A stretch of DNA of 64,000 bases from an uncultured Acidobacteriota bacterium (GCA_963740655.1 CAVUFF010000002.1:17790-81789), one strand, 5' to 3'; positions 9,071-17,684 are shown, counted from the stretch's first letter. The notes: generated from the sequence alone by a model not told the origin. A program made the numbers and translations.

Positions 9071-9379
9071 GACTTTCCGCGACTTCGACGAGGCGAACGC
9101 GAGCCGCACGCTGACGCCCAGCCTGGCAAGCATGTCGATCAAGGCATCGGTGCTGAACAGGTCGAGCCTCCCGCGCAGCAGGTCACTGACGCGCGGCTGA
9201 GACACGCGCATGATTCTGGCTGCTTCGGACTGCGTGAGGCCACGGGCCTTCAGTAGCTTCTCGATCTTGATCATGAGTTCCGAGCGAATCGCCAGGTGCT
9301 CTGCCTCTTCGCGTCCGAATCCCAGATCCCTGAAGACGTTCCCGCTCGAGCGCGTGACCTTGCTCTTAGCTCTTTCCAT
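9065..9379 (-). CDS. higA: HigA-like XRE-family HTH antitoxin (cassette inverted relative to the array)
   Basis: MERAKSKVTRSSGNVFRDLGF..EAEHLAIRSELMIKIEKLLKARGLTQSEAARIMRVSQPRVSDLLRGRLDLFSTDALIDMLARLG. The stop TAA is the TTA of the GTTAGGC core. Confidence 0.8.
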   Translation of the reverse strand: MERAKSKVTRSSGNVFRDLGFGREEAEHLAIRSELMIKIEKLLKARGLTQSEAARIMRVSQPRVSDLLRGRLDLFSTDALIDMLARLGVSVRLAFASSKSRKVA

Positions 9380-9713
9380 GGCCTTCCCTCCGCCGATGCT
9401 CCAGCAACTCCCGATAGCGTTTTCGCGCCAGCTCGATGTCGGAAGGAGGGGTCTTCCTGGTGCGTTTCTCGAAGGCGTGCAGTATGTAGATGCCCTCAAG
9501 GAATCGCGCGACGTAGCAGACCCTATGTTCCGTCTCGGTGTGGATTCGTATCTCCTGGACACCCGCCCCTATGCCGGCCATCGGCTTCCAGTCGTTGGGC
9601 TCCAGCCCTTGCTGGACACGAAAGAGTTGGAAGCCGGCTACTCGCCTCGCCGGCCGGGGGAAGCCTCTGATGTCGCGTCGCGACGACCCCAGCCACAGGA
9701 GGCGCTTGGCCAT
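9366..9713 (-). CDS. higB: HigB/Gp49-like (RelE/ParE superfamily) toxin
   Basis: MAKRLLWLGSSRRDIRGFP..AGFQLFRVQQGLEPNDWKPMAGIGAGVQEIRIHTETEHRVCYVARFLEGIYILHAFEKRTRKTP. Lies upstream of the antitoxin and overlaps it. Confidence 0.8.
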   Translation of the reverse strand: MAKRLLWLGSSRRDIRGFPRPARRVAGFQLFRVQQGLEPNDWKPMAGIGAGVQEIRIHTETEHRVCYVARFLEGIYILHAFEKRTRKTPPSDIELARKRYRELLEHRRREGHGKS

Positions 9714-9770
9714 TCGCCCTACTATACAAGTACCAGTATACGATCGTCAAGGCGTAGGATGGACCGCGTC

Positions 9771-9842
9771 GCCTAACAAGGAGTTGAAGCTGACGAAGCC
9801 CGGCAAACTTCGGAGCTTCGCAGCTTAACTCCAGTGTTAGCC
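9771..9842 (+). repeat. attC-7 (class B; R'' GCCTAAC, R' GTTAGCC)
   Basis: GCCTAACAAGGAGTTGAAGCTGACGAAGCCCGGCAAACTTCGGAGCTTCGCAGCTTAACTCCAGTGTTAGCC. Confidence 0.85.
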
Positions 9843-9869
9843 CGACCTGATGCAGGAGACGAGACGGCA

Positions 9870-10454
9870 GTGACCAAAGGGAGGCCTACTGCGGGACGAG
9901 CCGCGACAGCGATCCTTGGCTTTCTCTCAGAGATCCCGACAACGTTAGAGCGGCTCAACTCGTCGCCCAAAGATCGCGCCCGACAAATCGCTAGCGCGGC
10001 CGCGCGCAAGGCCTGCACGATCTCCGGTGCGCTCGCTCTACCTCCAGGTCCCGCAGGCCTCGTGACGATACTGCCGGATCTTGTCGCCGTCTGGCGGGTG
10101 CAGGCGCAGATGGTCGCCGACATCGCGGGCGCCTTTGGCAAGTCAGCCGTTCTGTCTCGCGAGCAAATGCTCTACTGCTTGTTCAAGCACACCGCGGCGC
10201 AGGCCGTGCGCGACTTAGTGGTACGGGTGGGCGAGAGGTATCTCGTTCGGCGCGGGGGCTTGCGCGTCGTCGAAGCCGTAGCTGCCAGGGTGGGTGTTAA
10301 GGTCACCCAGCGCGCGATTGCGACGAGCGTCAGCCGATGGCTTCCTGTCGTCGGGATCGTGGGAGTGGCTGGCTATGCCTACTACGACACAGCTCAAGTT
10401 GGAGCTACAGCGATTTCGTTTTTCGAGAAGCCAGTCTTTTCGGACGGAGCCTGA
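9870..10454 (+). CDS. EcsC-family-like protein, cassette ORF (start uncertain; the ORF is open from 9834, inside the attC)
   Basis: ..RARQIASAAARKACTISGALALPPGPAGLVTILPDLVAVWRVQAQMVADIAGAFGKS..; C-terminal hydrophobic segment. Family call is from memory. Confidence 0.5.
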   Translation: MTKGRPTAGRAATAILGFLSEIPTTLERLNSSPKDRARQIASAAARKACTISGALALPPGPAGLVTILPDLVAVWRVQAQMVADIAGAFGKSAVLSREQMLYCLFKHTAAQAVRDLVVRVGERYLVRRGGLRVVEAVAARVGVKVTQRAIATSVSRWLPVVGIVGVAGYAYYDTAQVGATAISFFEKPVFSDGA

Positions 10455-10499
10455 GCATGATTGCTGTAGCGTCGCCTTGGTCCTCAGGCGGACGGGGCG

Positions 10500-10552
10500 G
10501 GCTAACAAGGAGTTGAAGCTGACGAAGCCAAGCGTATTGGAGCTTCGCAGCT
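10500..10552 (+). repeat. attC-8 left part (class B), interrupted by the IS110/IS1111-like element
   Basis: GGCTAACAAGGAGTTGAAGCTGACGAAGCCAAGCGTATTGGAGCTTCGCAGCT, then the IS end GATATGGCAC. Confidence 0.8.
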
Positions 10553-10614
10553 GATATGGCACGCCCCCGTGTCAACCCTGTGAGCGGGTCTGTTCGTCGG
10601 TCGCTGTTGGTTCT

Positions 10615-12000
10615 CTAGCAGCCCGTGGTAGAACGCCGCTGTTGCGGCGTGTTGATCGCGAAGGAGGGCGGGGAGTTCCGCATCGCGACGTGAGTCGGTG
10701 GAAGGTCGCGTGTGAGCAGCAAGGGTCTCAGGGCGCGATAGAGGCTCAGTAGCAGCGGCAAGAGACGGACGGAACGGCCCTGGAGGCTCCGTGGCGTTCC
10801 GATCCCGAGCATCTCTCGCAGCAGCCGACCCAGATTGAACGCACCCGCGTGGACCAGCAGTCGCTTGAGGATGTTCGAGTGGCCGCGTAGATGCGTCCGG
10901 CGCATTCGACCGGTCTCGTACAGGTGAGCGAACGACCGCTCGACACGCTCGCCCCGCTGGCGCTGTAGACGCCGAGCGCGACCGCTGCGTGCCCGACGGC
11001 GGTTCGCGTAGACCGCCCGCTGGGCCATGACTTGTCCGCGCCAGCGGCGCCGTCCACGCTCGGGCTCCGAGATGTAGGCGCGCAGACCGACCTCGTCGAG
11101 GCCGACCAGCACGTCGTCGCTGTGGTAGCCCTTGTCCGCGACGACCTCCTGCATGTCCTGCGCGAGCGCCTCGCGGCGCAGCTTGAGCAACTGTCCCTCG
11201 GCCTCCGCCAGCGTCTGCATGATCGTCGCGGTGTCGCCGATGCTCGCGTTCTGCACGGTGACCGCCACGATCGCACCCGACTCGTCGTCCACAGCGTGCT
11301 CGGCTTTGTGCGCGAGATGCGTCCGCCCGTCCTTCATCTTCGTGATCTTCGCGTCCGGGTCCGAAGGGCTCTTCCACTCCTCGTTCGAACCCTTCTTCGC
11401 ACGCCGCCGATCCAGCCGTGCCAAAACGGCTCGCGTCGGGGTACGAACTCCTGACGCCTTCGCCAGACCCGTCAGGTACTCCTCGTACTTCTCCCCGCTG
11501 TCACGCCGCACGATGCTCCGCATCGCCGCGTTTGCCTCCAGCGTCGTCCCGTCCACGAGAATCGTCGCGCCCTTCACCAGACCGGCCTCGCCGAGACGCT
11601 CGAGCACCCAAGAGAACACCTCGCGGTGCGTTTCAACGTCGATCAATCGTCGCGTCCGCGAAATCGTCGAGTGGTCCGGACCACGCTCCTCGACTCCCAG
11701 GCTCAGGAAGCTGCGGACCGCCAGCGAGTCGGCAGCGCGCCATGCGATCCCACGCTCCGAGTCGAGCCCTTCGAAGTACCCCAGCAACAGCAGCCGGAAG
11801 TAGCGCCCAGGCAACAGGCTCGGGCGCCCGACTTGCCCCGCGTAGAAGCGCGCGCAGATCCTCTCCGCGAAGCTGTCGAATCCAGATCGCTCCAGCACCG
11901 CATTCAGGCGCTGATAGAACGGGTGTCCGGGGCTCTTCGGCAGCTCGCTCGCCGCGACCCACATCGTCCCTTGCCGCTTCTTCCTCTTGCCCATCGCCAT
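10615..12000 (-). CDS. IS1182-family DDE transposase (paralogue of 1318-2715)
   Basis: MAMGKRKKRQGTMWVAASELPKSPGHPFYQRLN...VADKGYHSD...RSFAHLYETGRMRRTHLRG. The stop lies in the duplicated CTAG. Confidence 0.85.
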   Translation of the reverse strand: MAMGKRKKRQGTMWVAASELPKSPGHPFYQRLNAVLERSGFDSFAERICARFYAGQVGRPSLLPGRYFRLLLLGYFEGLDSERGIAWRAADSLAVRSFLSLGVEERGPDHSTISRTRRLIDVETHREVFSWVLERLGEAGLVKGATILVDGTTLEANAAMRSIVRRDSGEKYEEYLTGLAKASGVRTPTRAVLARLDRRRAKKGSNEEWKSPSDPDAKITKMKDGRTHLAHKAEHAVDDESGAIVAVTVQNASIGDTATIMQTLAEAEGQLLKLRREALAQDMQEVVADKGYHSDDVLVGLDEVGLRAYISEPERGRRRWRGQVMAQRAVYANRRRARSGRARRLQRQRGERVERSFAHLYETGRMRRTHLRGHSNILKRLLVHAGAFNLGRLLREMLGIGTPRSLQGRSVRLLPLLLSLYRALRPLLLTRDLPPTHVAMRNSPPSFAINTPQQRRSTTGC

Positions 12001-12066
12001 ATGCCCACAATCTAGGCACACGGCTTCAGCCTCGCTACTAGTGGCCGTGACTTTCACCACGGGCTG
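10619..12066 (-). mobile_element. Second, diverged IS1182-family IS nested in IS110-like copy 2
   Basis: Terminal inverted repeat CAGCCCGTGG / CCACGGGCTG and target duplication CTAG (10615-10618 and 12067-12070). The empty site TTCTCTAGGCAAGCC is seen in copy 1 at 981-995. Confidence 0.85.
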
Positions 12067-12316
12067 CTAGGCAAGCCTCCGACAGGACGCCCAGACGGCG
12101 GACGAGGCGAAGCGGCGTCGACGACGAGTCACGCTGATATGCGCGGGTTGAGCCGGGAATCGGCTCAGAGCCGCATGACCGTGTTCCGTCGGGAGTGACC
12201 GCGCTCTTAAGACGCGAGTCACGGAGTGAGCCCCGTGTCGCAAAGCTGCGTCGCGGATTCTCCGGATCGTTGCTCGCCTCGTCCGCCGTCGGGGAGTTCT
12301 GTGCACATGAAGAAGG

Positions 12317-13435
12317 CTAAGCGGAACGCAGGGCAGCGAGCGGCGACAGCGCTGCCCAGATGAAGCCCGTGAGCTCTCGGGCCATTGCGACGACGGCCTT
12401 CTGGGGTGACACACCACGCAGGGTCATGGAGTAGTAGCGTCGGTGCAGGCGCAGCATGGCGCGGTCTGCCAAGGCGATCAGCTTTGGCGACTGGCCCTCG
12501 CGGCGACGACGCAGGGCGCTTCCGACGTGGGGACGATGTCTGTAGTTCCAGGCAGCCTCGATCAACAGGCGCCGGACGTGGCTGTTTCCGGTCTTGGTGA
12601 TGGAGCCCTGACGACGAGTGTCGCCCGAGCTGTGCTCGCTCGGCACGAGCCCGACGAAGCCCATAAGGCGGCGCGGCGAAGTGAAGCGTTCGAAGTTGTG
12701 CAACTCGACCGCGAGACCGACGGCGGTCACGGTATCGATGCTGCGGAAACAGCGCAACGCCGCGACGACGGCTGCGTAGCGAGGGTCCTGTGCCAGGCGC
12801 TCGAGGTGAGCGAGCAACGCCAACAGACGTTGTTCGCAGTGATCGATGGCGAGAAGGTAGTCCGAGACGACGACCTTCTCGAAGAGATCGTCGAAGCGAA
12901 GGGACTCGAGCCAGAGCCGGTGGGTGCTGGTCCACGCGCGCTTGCCCGGAGTGAAGGTGATGCCGCGTCGCAGCAGGTACTTGCTGAGGCGATGGCGAGC
13001 ACGCATCCGGTCCTCACGCAGGTCCTCGCGAGCGCGAGACAGATCGCGCGCCGCCTCGTCCGCCTGGCTGAGCGGCTGGACCTCGGTGAGAAGTCCGGCG
13101 CGCAGCAGCATGGCGAGCTTGCGTGCGTCACGGCGATCGGTCTTGACGCGAGCGCCAGGCTTGGCCGGGATCAGCGACGGAGCGACCAGCATGCAGCTGG
13201 CCTCGCTCCAGGACGTGATCTGGCGCTGCAGCGCATAGCCGCACGGCCCGGCTTCGTAGCAGTAGCGCACCTCGCCCCCCGCCGCCTCCCGCGAGATCCG
13301 CTGCAGCATCCCGCGAATCGGCTTCGGCTCGTTCGCAACCCGCCACTCCAAAGGCCTCTCCTGACCCGGCAGCAGCACAGCTACCTGGATCCACGCTTTG
13401 TGCACGTCGAGCCCCACGAAGGTGATACCCTGCAT
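12317..13435 (-). CDS. IS110-family transposase (copy 2)
   Basis: Translation identical to 2712-3830. Confidence 0.85.
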   Translation of the reverse strand: MQGITFVGLDVHKAWIQVAVLLPGQERPLEWRVANEPKPIRGMLQRISREAAGGEVRYCYEAGPCGYALQRQITSWSEASCMLVAPSLIPAKPGARVKTDRRDARKLAMLLRAGLLTEVQPLSQADEAARDLSRAREDLREDRMRARHRLSKYLLRRGITFTPGKRAWTSTHRLWLESLRFDDLFEKVVVSDYLLAIDHCEQRLLALLAHLERLAQDPRYAAVVAALRCFRSIDTVTAVGLAVELHNFERFTSPRRLMGFVGLVPSEHSSGDTRRQGSITKTGNSHVRRLLIEAAWNYRHRPHVGSALRRRREGQSPKLIALADRAMLRLHRRYYSMTLRGVSPQKAVVAMARELTGFIWAALSPLAALRSA

Positions 13436-13628
13436 TGCCGGCTCCTTTCGTATGCGGCTCTGGCGTCTCGCACGCCAATCCGCGCTTTGTGGCGGCCGTT
13501 CGCCGCCTGTGTCGCCAGTTGCTCTAGCGACTTTACGATTCGGAGCCGGCACTTCGCTCTTCCCTAGTTCCCTCGCTCGGCGTACTCTCTGCATGCCACG
13601 CCCTCCTCCAGGGGCGTGCCATATGGTC

Positions 13629-13646
13629 TTAACTCCAGTGTTGGAC
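13629..13646 (+). repeat. attC-8 right arm (class B; R' GTTGGAC)
   Basis: TTAACTCCAGTGTTGGAC directly after the IS end. Confidence 0.75.
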
Positions 13647-13671
13647 AGACCTCGTAGATGGGGCGCTTGGG

Positions 13672-14004
13672 TTGAGAATCACGATCTTCCAGATCAAGCT
13701 GGTCCACACCATCATCTTCTGGATCCTGAGCCTGTGTACCGTCTACGCGCTCTTCAGCGGCATTGCCGACCGAATCAACGTCTGGACTTGGGTCGCCGTG
13801 GCTTTGCTCCTTTTCGAGAGCATCGTCCTCGTAGTGTCCGGCTGGACATGCCCGCTGACGCTCCTCGCCGAGCGTCAGGGGGCGCTACAGGGTTCCGTGA
13901 CGGACATCTTCCTCCCGAAATGGTTTGCCGACCGAATCTTCCCGATATGCGGCACCATGTACGCGGTCGCACTCGTCCTCATTCTCTGGCGCGTATTCCG
14001 GTAG
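13672..14004 (+). CDS. Small 3-4 TM membrane protein with GW-x-CPLT motif (TTG start), cassette ORF
   Basis: 110-aa ORF; ..VVSGWTCPLTLLAERQGALQGSVTDIFLPKWFADRIFPI.. Shares the CPLT motif with 15280-15687. Confidence 0.5.
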   Translation: MRITIFQIKLVHTIIFWILSLCTVYALFSGIADRINVWTWVAVALLLFESIVLVVSGWTCPLTLLAERQGALQGSVTDIFLPKWFADRIFPICGTMYAVALVLILWRVFR

Positions 14005-14084
14005 CATGGCCGGCATGGTTCCGCCGAACGAACAACGGGGCCGACTCAACGGTGCGGCCGAGCGTGTCGTTCAAAGACGGGGCT

Positions 14085-14157
14085 GCCCAACAAGGAGTTG
14101 AAGTGACGAAGGCTGCGCTTCGCGCTGGGTCTTCGCAGCTTAACCCCAGTGTGAGGC
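14085..14157 (+). repeat. attC-9 (class B-like; degenerate R' GTGAGGC)
   Basis: GCCCAACAAGGAGTTGAAGTGACGAAGGCTGCGCTTCGCGCTGGGTCTTCGCAGCTTAACCCCAGTGTGAGGC. Confidence 0.7.
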
Positions 14158-14194
14158 GGACCCCGCAGGGCGCGACGCAGACGTACGGTCGCTC

Positions 14195-14653
14195 ATGCCA
14201 ATCATCTCGACTTTCTTCGGCATCGTGATTCGGATGTACTACAAGGAGCACGCGCCTCCCCACTTCCATGCCGAGTACCAAGGCCAGCAGGGCACCTTCG
14301 ATTTCTCCGGCCAGCAATTGGCGGGCAACGTGAAGTCAGGCACGGCGGGCGTTACTCTTGATCCGCGAGTGGGCGACCGAACCTCTCGAGTGAGGTACCT
14401 CATGAGCTTCTTGCCGAGCGTAGTCAAGGCAGAGTACCGAGGCGGTCACCGCATTCACCTCTGGCTTAATGACGGACAGGAGAAGACCGTGGACTTTGGG
14501 CAGTGGCTCCAAGGACCGGTCTTCGAGCTGCTGAAGGACTCCACCTTCTTTCAGCGATTCTTCGTCGAAGCCGGCACCGTCAGTTGGCCCAACGGGGCTG
14601 ACATCGCGCCCGAGACCCTCTACTCGGCGCAAGGGGTCGAAGAGGCCGCCTAA
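14195..14653 (+). pseudogene. DUF4160-like gene fused by a frameshift (~14328-14340) to a DUF2442-like gene (own ATG at 14402)
   Basis: MPIISTFFGIVIRMYYKEHAPPHFHAEYQGQQGTFDF.. is DUF4160-like. Its expected C-terminus RALLLIREWATEPLE-TGA (14391-14393) sits in another frame. MSFLPSVVKAEYRGGHRIHLWLNDGQEKTVDF..GPVFELLKD..VSWPNGADIAPETLY is DUF2442-like. Confidence 0.65.
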
Positions 14654-14719
14654 CAAGGAGTTGAAGCTGACGAAGTAGGGTCAACTTCGGAGCTTCGCAG
14701 CTTGACTCCGGTGTTCGCC
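14648..14719 (+). repeat. attC-10 (class B-like; R'' GCCTAAC, R' GTTCGCC)
   Basis: GCCTAACAAGGAGTTGAAGCTGACGAAGTAGGGTCAACTTCGGAGCTTCGCAGCTTGACTCCGGTGTTCGCC. Confidence 0.8.
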
Positions 14720-14808
14720 GGACGTCTTGGACGTTCTCGAGCGCGGTCTCTGCGCACACCGTCGTTGCCTGGCAGGCAAGCAGCGCACCGCTCTGGTCGG
14801 CTGCATGG

Positions 14809-15054
14809 TTGCCGTGGCAGAATACGGCCATGGAGAATCGCTACACCGGAGTGTTCGAGCAGGTGGGCGACTGGTGGATCGGGCACGTCGAGGAGTTGCC
14901 TGGGTGCAACGTGCAGGAGCGGTCGCTTGAAGAGGCTCGCGAGAGCCTGAAGGAAGCCATCCAGCTCATCGTTCAAGCCAATCGAGAGCTGGCAAGGCGC
15001 GAATCGGAAGGTCACGAGGTGGTTCGCGAGGCACTCGCCGTTTCGGTTGAATGA
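14809..15054 (+). CDS. hicB: HicB-family antitoxin (start 14809 or 14830)
   Basis: MENRYTGVFEQVGDWWIGHVEELPGCNVQERSLEEARESLKEAIQLIVQANREL. Confidence 0.75.
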   Translation: MPWQNTAMENRYTGVFEQVGDWWIGHVEELPGCNVQERSLEEARESLKEAIQLIVQANRELARRESEGHEVVREALAVSVE

Positions 15055-15242
15055 AGCGCGCAGAGCTGGTTCGCCACCTTACCAGCCAGGGCTGCGAGTT
15101 GTTGCGCGAAGGTGGCCGCCACTCAATCTACTGGAATCCGGCCAATCGCAATACTGCGGCGGTGCCTCGCCACAGCGAGATTCTCACGCCAGTGGTGAAC
15201 CGGATCTGCAAGGATCTTGGTATCCCGCGGCCTGGTGAGTAG
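15051..15242 (+). CDS. hicA: HicA-family toxin
   Basis: MKRAELVRHLTSQGCELLREGGRHSIYWNPANRNTAAVPRHSEILTPVVNRICKDLGIP. 4-nt overlap with hicB. Confidence 0.8.
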   Translation: MKRAELVRHLTSQGCELLREGGRHSIYWNPANRNTAAVPRHSEILTPVVNRICKDLGIPRPGE

Positions 15243-15279
15243 ATCGACGGACGTAGCAACGGAGCGACGCGGACGGCTC

Positions 15280-15687
15280 ATGATCGACCGATGGCTCACC
15301 GACCTGACGGTCACGGCCCACTTCGCGTTCTTGGCATTTGTGGTGGCCGGCGGCCTCTTGACACGACGCCACCGATGGATGAGCGTCCCACACCTGCTGT
15401 CTGTTGCGTGGGCCGTATACGTAGAGGCAACACCAGGCTTGGTGTGTCCACTGACGCCGCTCGAGAACTACTTCGCGGCACGGGCCGGTCGGGCTGGTTA
15501 CGAGGGCAGCTTTATCGAGCACTACCTGGTGCCCATCATCTATCCGGATGGGCTAACGCCAGCTCTGCAGCTCACCTTGGCTGGTGTTGTGTTGGGACTC
15601 AACTTAGCCGTGTACGCCTGGTCACCGCTGCGCCGGTATTTCAGTCGGGAGCGGCGTGGTGCAGCGCACAGCCCCGACCAGGCCTAA
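15280..15687 (+). CDS. DUF2784-like membrane protein
   Basis: ..HFAFLAFVVAGGLL...VEATPGLVCPLTPLENYFAARAGRAGYEGSFIEHYLVPIIYPDGLT.. No attC separates it from hicA. Confidence 0.65.
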   Translation: MIDRWLTDLTVTAHFAFLAFVVAGGLLTRRHRWMSVPHLLSVAWAVYVEATPGLVCPLTPLENYFAARAGRAGYEGSFIEHYLVPIIYPDGLTPALQLTLAGVVLGLNLAVYAWSPLRRYFSRERRGAAHSPDQA

Positions 15688-15709
15688 GAGTTGAGTGGAG
15701 CGCGGCGCC

Positions 15710-15780
15710 GTCGAACAAGGGGATGAAGCAGACAAGCGTTGAGCGTGTTGGACGCTCGCAGCTTATCCCCGGTGTTCGAC
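15710..15780 (+). repeat. attC-11 (class A outer arms; inner stem variant AGCG/CGCT; R' GTTCGAC)
   Basis: GTCGAACAAGGGGATGAAGCAGACAAGCGTTGAGCGTGTTGGACGCTCGCAGCTTATCCCCGGTGTTCGAC. Confidence 0.8.
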
Positions 15781-15826
15781 GGACAGCGGCGAGTGCACTG
15801 GAGGCCGGGCCGTGTAGGAGTGTTCG

Positions 15827-16489
15827 GTGACTGAGTTCCTGAGGCAGTACGGCGCGCACGTGGCGGCCTGGGTACGCGTCGGGTCGATCCTTGTTGCCTG
15901 TGCCAGTCTAGTAGTCCTGGCTTACGTGGTCTGGTCACGCAGAGCACACGCCTGGTCCGCTCGCCGGAGGCGCACTGTCAGACTGCTGAGCCTCAACGGT
16001 CTCGGTATCGCGGTCGGTGGCGTAATCGTGGCGTTCGGTCCAATGAGCCCTCTCTTCGGGACAGCGCGGGTGCTCGACAACCGCGTCGGGACTCCCGCGC
16101 CCGAGATGGTGTTTCGGCTCGTCGAGGGTGGGGTCGAGAGACGGTTGAGCGACTTCCGGGGCAAGGTGGTACTGATCAACCTCTGGGCAACCTGGTGCCC
16201 GCCGTGCCGTCGGGAGTTGCCGGTTCTGAACCGCTTGCATGGCAGCTACTCGGAGCGCGGTCTTGTGGTCGTGACACTAACGGACGAGTCAGCCGAGCAA
16301 GCGCGTGCGGTACTTCATAGCCAGGCGCCCGAGACCGTAAACGGCACCATCGACTCCTTTGGCTGGCTTGCGATCAGGGACTTTCGGCCCTTCACGCTGA
16401 TCGTGGATCGGAACGGAGTTCTCCGCGAGTACCTGTTTGGGGATCAGGCGTACGAAGCGTTCGAGTCTCGGATCCGTCCGTATCTGTAG
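15827..16489 (+). CDS. Membrane-anchored TlpA/ResA-like thiol:disulfide oxidoreductase, cassette ORF (GTG start)
   Basis: N-terminal TM segments, then ..FRGKVVLINLWATWCPPCRRELPVLNRL.. (WCPPC thioredoxin motif). Confidence 0.8.
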   Translation: MTEFLRQYGAHVAAWVRVGSILVACASLVVLAYVVWSRRAHAWSARRRRTVRLLSLNGLGIAVGGVIVAFGPMSPLFGTARVLDNRVGTPAPEMVFRLVEGGVERRLSDFRGKVVLINLWATWCPPCRRELPVLNRLHGSYSERGLVVVTLTDESAEQARAVLHSQAPETVNGTIDSFGWLAIRDFRPFTLIVDRNGVLREYLFGDQAYEAFESRIRPYL

Positions 16490-16503
16490 ATAGCGAGGGA
16501 GCT

Positions 16504-16576
16504 GTCGAACAAGGGGATGAAGCAGACTAAGCCGGCGCAAGCGATGGAGCTTCGCAGCTTGTCCCCAGTGTTGTCC
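16504..16576 (+). repeat. attC-12 (class A; R' GTTGTCC)
   Basis: GTCGAACAAGGGGATGAAGCAGACTAAGCCGGCGCAAGCGATGGAGCTTCGCAGCTTGTCCCCAGTGTTGTCC. Confidence 0.8.
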
Positions 16577-16629
16577 CGATTCCTCAAGGGCGACGCGCTG
16601 TCCTGACGTGACAAGGCATTTGCCCGAGT

Positions 16630-17025
16630 GTGCATGTGGACCTCCTGCTCGAGATCCTGTTTCAGCTCATCATCGAGGTCGGGTTGGACGCAGGTCTCGA
16701 GATGCTTACCGACAGCGGCGGCGCCAAGTCCCGCAGCGTTCCCGAGGTAACGGATAGCTGGCTCTTCGTCATCACTCGTCTCTTCGTTGTAGGGGCGCTC
16801 TTGGGTGGGCTGAGCTTACTGTTCTGGCCAAAACGAACTGTGTCACCAGGACCCATCCCCGGCCTAAGCTTGATACTGGCTCCCGCTGCCGTCGGTGCCG
16901 TCATGCACCTCTGGGGTAAGTATCGAACTGCGCGTGGCCACGCCACGACTACGCTCGCCACGTTCGCAGGCGGTGCCGCATTCGCTCTCGGGACCGCGGT
17001 GGTACGCTTCCTTGGTGCGCACTAG
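16630..17025 (+). CDS. Hypothetical small membrane protein, cassette ORF
   Basis: 131-aa ORF with about 4 hydrophobic helices. No family recognised. Confidence 0.5.
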   Translation: MHVDLLLEILFQLIIEVGLDAGLEMLTDSGGAKSRSVPEVTDSWLFVITRLFVVGALLGGLSLLFWPKRTVSPGPIPGLSLILAPAAVGAVMHLWGKYRTARGHATTTLATFAGGAAFALGTAVVRFLGAH

Positions 17026-17062
17026 GCGATGCAGATCATGAAGGTCGCCTGAACACGATGCG

Positions 17063-17132
17063 GGACAACAAGGAGTTGAAGCTGACGAAGCCAAGCGTAT
17101 TGGAGCTTCGCAGCTTATCCCCGGTGTTGTGC
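17063..17132 (+). repeat. attC-13, chimeric (class B left arm, class A right arm; R' GTTGTGC)
   Basis: GGACAACAAGGAGTTGAAGCTGACGAAGCCAAGCGTATTGGAGCTTCGCAGCTTATCCCCGGTGTTGTGC. Confidence 0.8.
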
Positions 17133-17163
17133 GGACTTCCGCGAGTGCCAGCAGGCGGCTAGA

Positions 17164-17391
17164 ATGGCTAGCGGAGGTGGCTGGGTGACGTTCCAGGTTG
17201 AACTCGAGCGCGAAGCAGACGGGCGCTGGATCGCCGAGGTCACCGACTTGCCTGGTGTCCTCGCCTACGGCGCCACGCAGGACGAAGCCCAAGCCAAGGT
17301 GCAAGCCCTCGCCCTACGAGTTATGGCCGAGCGACTTGAGCATGGCGAAGCCGGCCCTCAACTTCTGGACATCTCCTTTCGAGCGGCGTGA
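17164..17391 (+). CDS. hicB: HicB-like (UPF0150) antitoxin
   Basis: ..WVTFQVELEREADGRWIAEVTDLPGVLAYGATQDEAQAKVQALALRVMAERLEHGE. Confidence 0.7.
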   Translation: MASGGGWVTFQVELEREADGRWIAEVTDLPGVLAYGATQDEAQAKVQALALRVMAERLEHGEAGPQLLDISFRAA

Positions 17392-17601
17392 CCAACTGGC
17401 CGAGCACCAAGGCGCAGAGGGTGCTCGCAGCGCTGCTGCGTATCGGCTGGACCGTAAAGCGTCAATCGGCTTCGCATCGCACGCTTTCTCGGGAAGGCTG
17501 GCCCGACTTCGTTATTCGCCTTTCATGATGGCGACGAAATCGGTCCGCAAATGCTGGCCCGCATCGCCAAGCGAACTGGGTTGACCCCTGGTGATCTCTA
17601 G
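17388..17601 (+). pseudogene. hicA: HicA/YcfA-like toxin, frameshifted near 17513-17515
   Basis: GTGA overlap with hicB. VTNWPSTKAQRVLAALLRIGWTVKRQSASHRTLSREGWPDFV, then after a 1-nt shift FAFHDGDEIGPKMLARIAKRTGLTPGDL-TAG. Confidence 0.65.
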
Positions 17602-17612
17602 AACACGATGCC

Positions 17613-17684
17613 GCACAACAAGGAGTTGAACCTGACGAAACCCGGTAAACTTCGGAGCTTCGCAGCTTAACTCCAGTGTTGGGC
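17613..17684 (+). repeat. attC-14 (class B; R' GTTGGGC)
   Basis: GCACAACAAGGAGTTGAACCTGACGAAACCCGGTAAACTTCGGAGCTTCGCAGCTTAACTCCAGTGTTGGGC. Confidence 0.8.

Larger units (their letters stand above)
10553..13628 (-). mobile_element. IS110/IS1111-like IS inserted in attC-8 (copy 2; 1624 bp excluding the nested IS)
   Basis: Same ends, same orientation and same position within the attC as copy 1. The flanks rejoin as ..GCTTCGCAGC^TTAACTCCAGTGTTGGAC. Confidence 0.85.
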
